From Candidatus Bathyarchaeia archaeon (GTDB lineage: Archaea; Thermoproteota; Bathyarchaeia; Bathyarchaeales; Bathycorpusculaceae): 59,933 nucleotides of DNA. The stretch lies in NCBI GenBank assembly GCA_037481775.1, contig JBBFKZ010000010.1, forward strand, positions 1 through 59,933. Direction: 5' to 3'. This document shows positions 59,100 through 59,933 of the stretch, piece by piece. Position 1 is the stretch's first letter; each line of letters opens with the position of its first letter. The position numbers were made by a program, and so were the translations under genes. The notes beneath the pieces are model-generated. The model saw only the letters and a list, made by a program, of their open reading frames with translations. It ran no database searches and was not told where the DNA came from.

Positions 59100-59713
59100 T
59101 TGAAAAACAAAACCGCCTAGAGCATTACTTCACTGCTGCGCCAAGGTCGCAAGAAAAACTTGGCTTGATTAAGGCAACTTTGCGGGGCAAATCATTAGCG
59201 TTTCTAACATCCTCAAGTGTTTTTTCCAAAAAGCGAATAGATGCTGGAACACATTTGCTCATCAAGGAAATGGTTCTTCCAGAAGCGGGCACCGTTTTAG
59301 ATGTCGGCTGCGGCTACGGCGCCGTGGGAATAGCGGCCGCCACATTTAACCCAAAACTACGTGTAGTCATGACAGACGTGAACCAGCGTGCAGTCCAACT
59401 TGCCAGACGCAATTTAGAGATAAACAAGGTGCTTAACGCTGAGGTCCGACATGGTTACCTGTATGAGCCCGTGAAGGATTTAGTTTTCGATTGTATAGTC
59501 ACAAATCCGCCAGTAAGCGCAGGCATTGAAACCATAAAAGCCATGATAACTCAAGCACCGCAAGTCATGGCAAGTAACGCTGCGTTCCAGATGGTAATTC
59601 GATCAAAAATAGGCGCAAAAACACTGCCAGCCATCTTCAATAAAACCTTTGGTGAATGCAAAGTCCTCGCAAGAAGGAGCGGTTATCGCGTGCTAATGGC
59701 GGAGAAACATTAA
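59096..59713 (+). CDS. class I SAM-dependent methyltransferase (RsmC/MTS-like)
   Basis: VFS...D.GT.LL, LDVGCGYG, TNPP. Confidence 0.9.
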   Translation: MIEKQNRLEHYFTAAPRSQEKLGLIKATLRGKSLAFLTSSSVFSKKRIDAGTHLLIKEMVLPEAGTVLDVGCGYGAVGIAAATFNPKLRVVMTDVNQRAVQLARRNLEINKVLNAEVRHGYLYEPVKDLVFDCIVTNPPVSAGIETIKAMITQAPQVMASNAAFQMVIRSKIGAKTLPAIFNKTFGECKVLARRSGYRVLMAEKH

Positions 59714-59796
59714 CTTTATTTTGAAGATTACAGCTGCAAAGTTTAAGTTTTATGAAGAAACTATAATAAAAGCACATGGCAGAGTAAACGCGTAAT

Positions 59797-59903
59797 GCCG
59801 GGATCTCCTAGCCAGGTAGGGAGCAAGCCTGGAGTTGCCCGCATAGGCACCTGGTAGCTTGTGGCCTTTCGGGGCCGCGTGGGTTCAAATCCCACTCCCG
59901 GCG
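59797..59903 (+). tRNA. tRNA-Ser(GGA) with 21-nt intron at position 37/38 (59835-59855)
   Basis: acceptor GCCGGGA/TCCCGGC, discriminator G, anticodon stem CAAGC/GCTTG, long variable arm, GGTTCAAATCC, T-run downstream. Confidence 0.92.
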
Positions 59904-59933
59904 CTTTTTTTGGTTTTGGGTTATTTTTGTGTG

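Overview
Archaeal chromosomal window, most consistent with Bathyarchaeia (archaeal 16S rRNA, eL/eS ribosomal proteins, Cdc6/Orc1, Sm protein, paired PQQ-type beta-propeller surface proteins; the lineage call is inference). Housekeeping content: a stand-alone 16S rRNA gene with a canonical bulge-helix-bulge processing stem, acs/satP, a P-type ATPase, hppA, asnS, moaABC, cdc6, tpiA, galT, pyrI, a truncated uL22-to-uL30 ribosomal protein operon, eL14-cbf5, tRNA-Leu(CAG) and an intron-containing tRNA-Ser(GGA). Two mobile elements are present. (1) An IS200/IS605 element (~3492-5102) whose TnpA has a broken HUH motif and whose TnpB keeps the RuvC D-E-D triad but lacks the zinc-finger (TNB) module. 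(2) A ~5.2 kb capsid-less element integrated in tRNA-Leu (26-bp att repeats at 29550-29575 and 34723-34748). It has an SSV1-style split integrase, a divergent wHTH/RHH regulator pair, a Zn-ribbon SF3 helicase and two iteron-like repeat arrays, and is a candidate virus satellite or integrative plasmid. Other oddities: a 52-bp dispersed repeat next to surface-protein genes, an A8 tract frameshift that uncouples a surface-protein signal peptide, a nonsense-disrupted double zinc-ribbon gene, and small ORFs missed by the ORF track (RHH, uS14, a 34-aa Zn finger).
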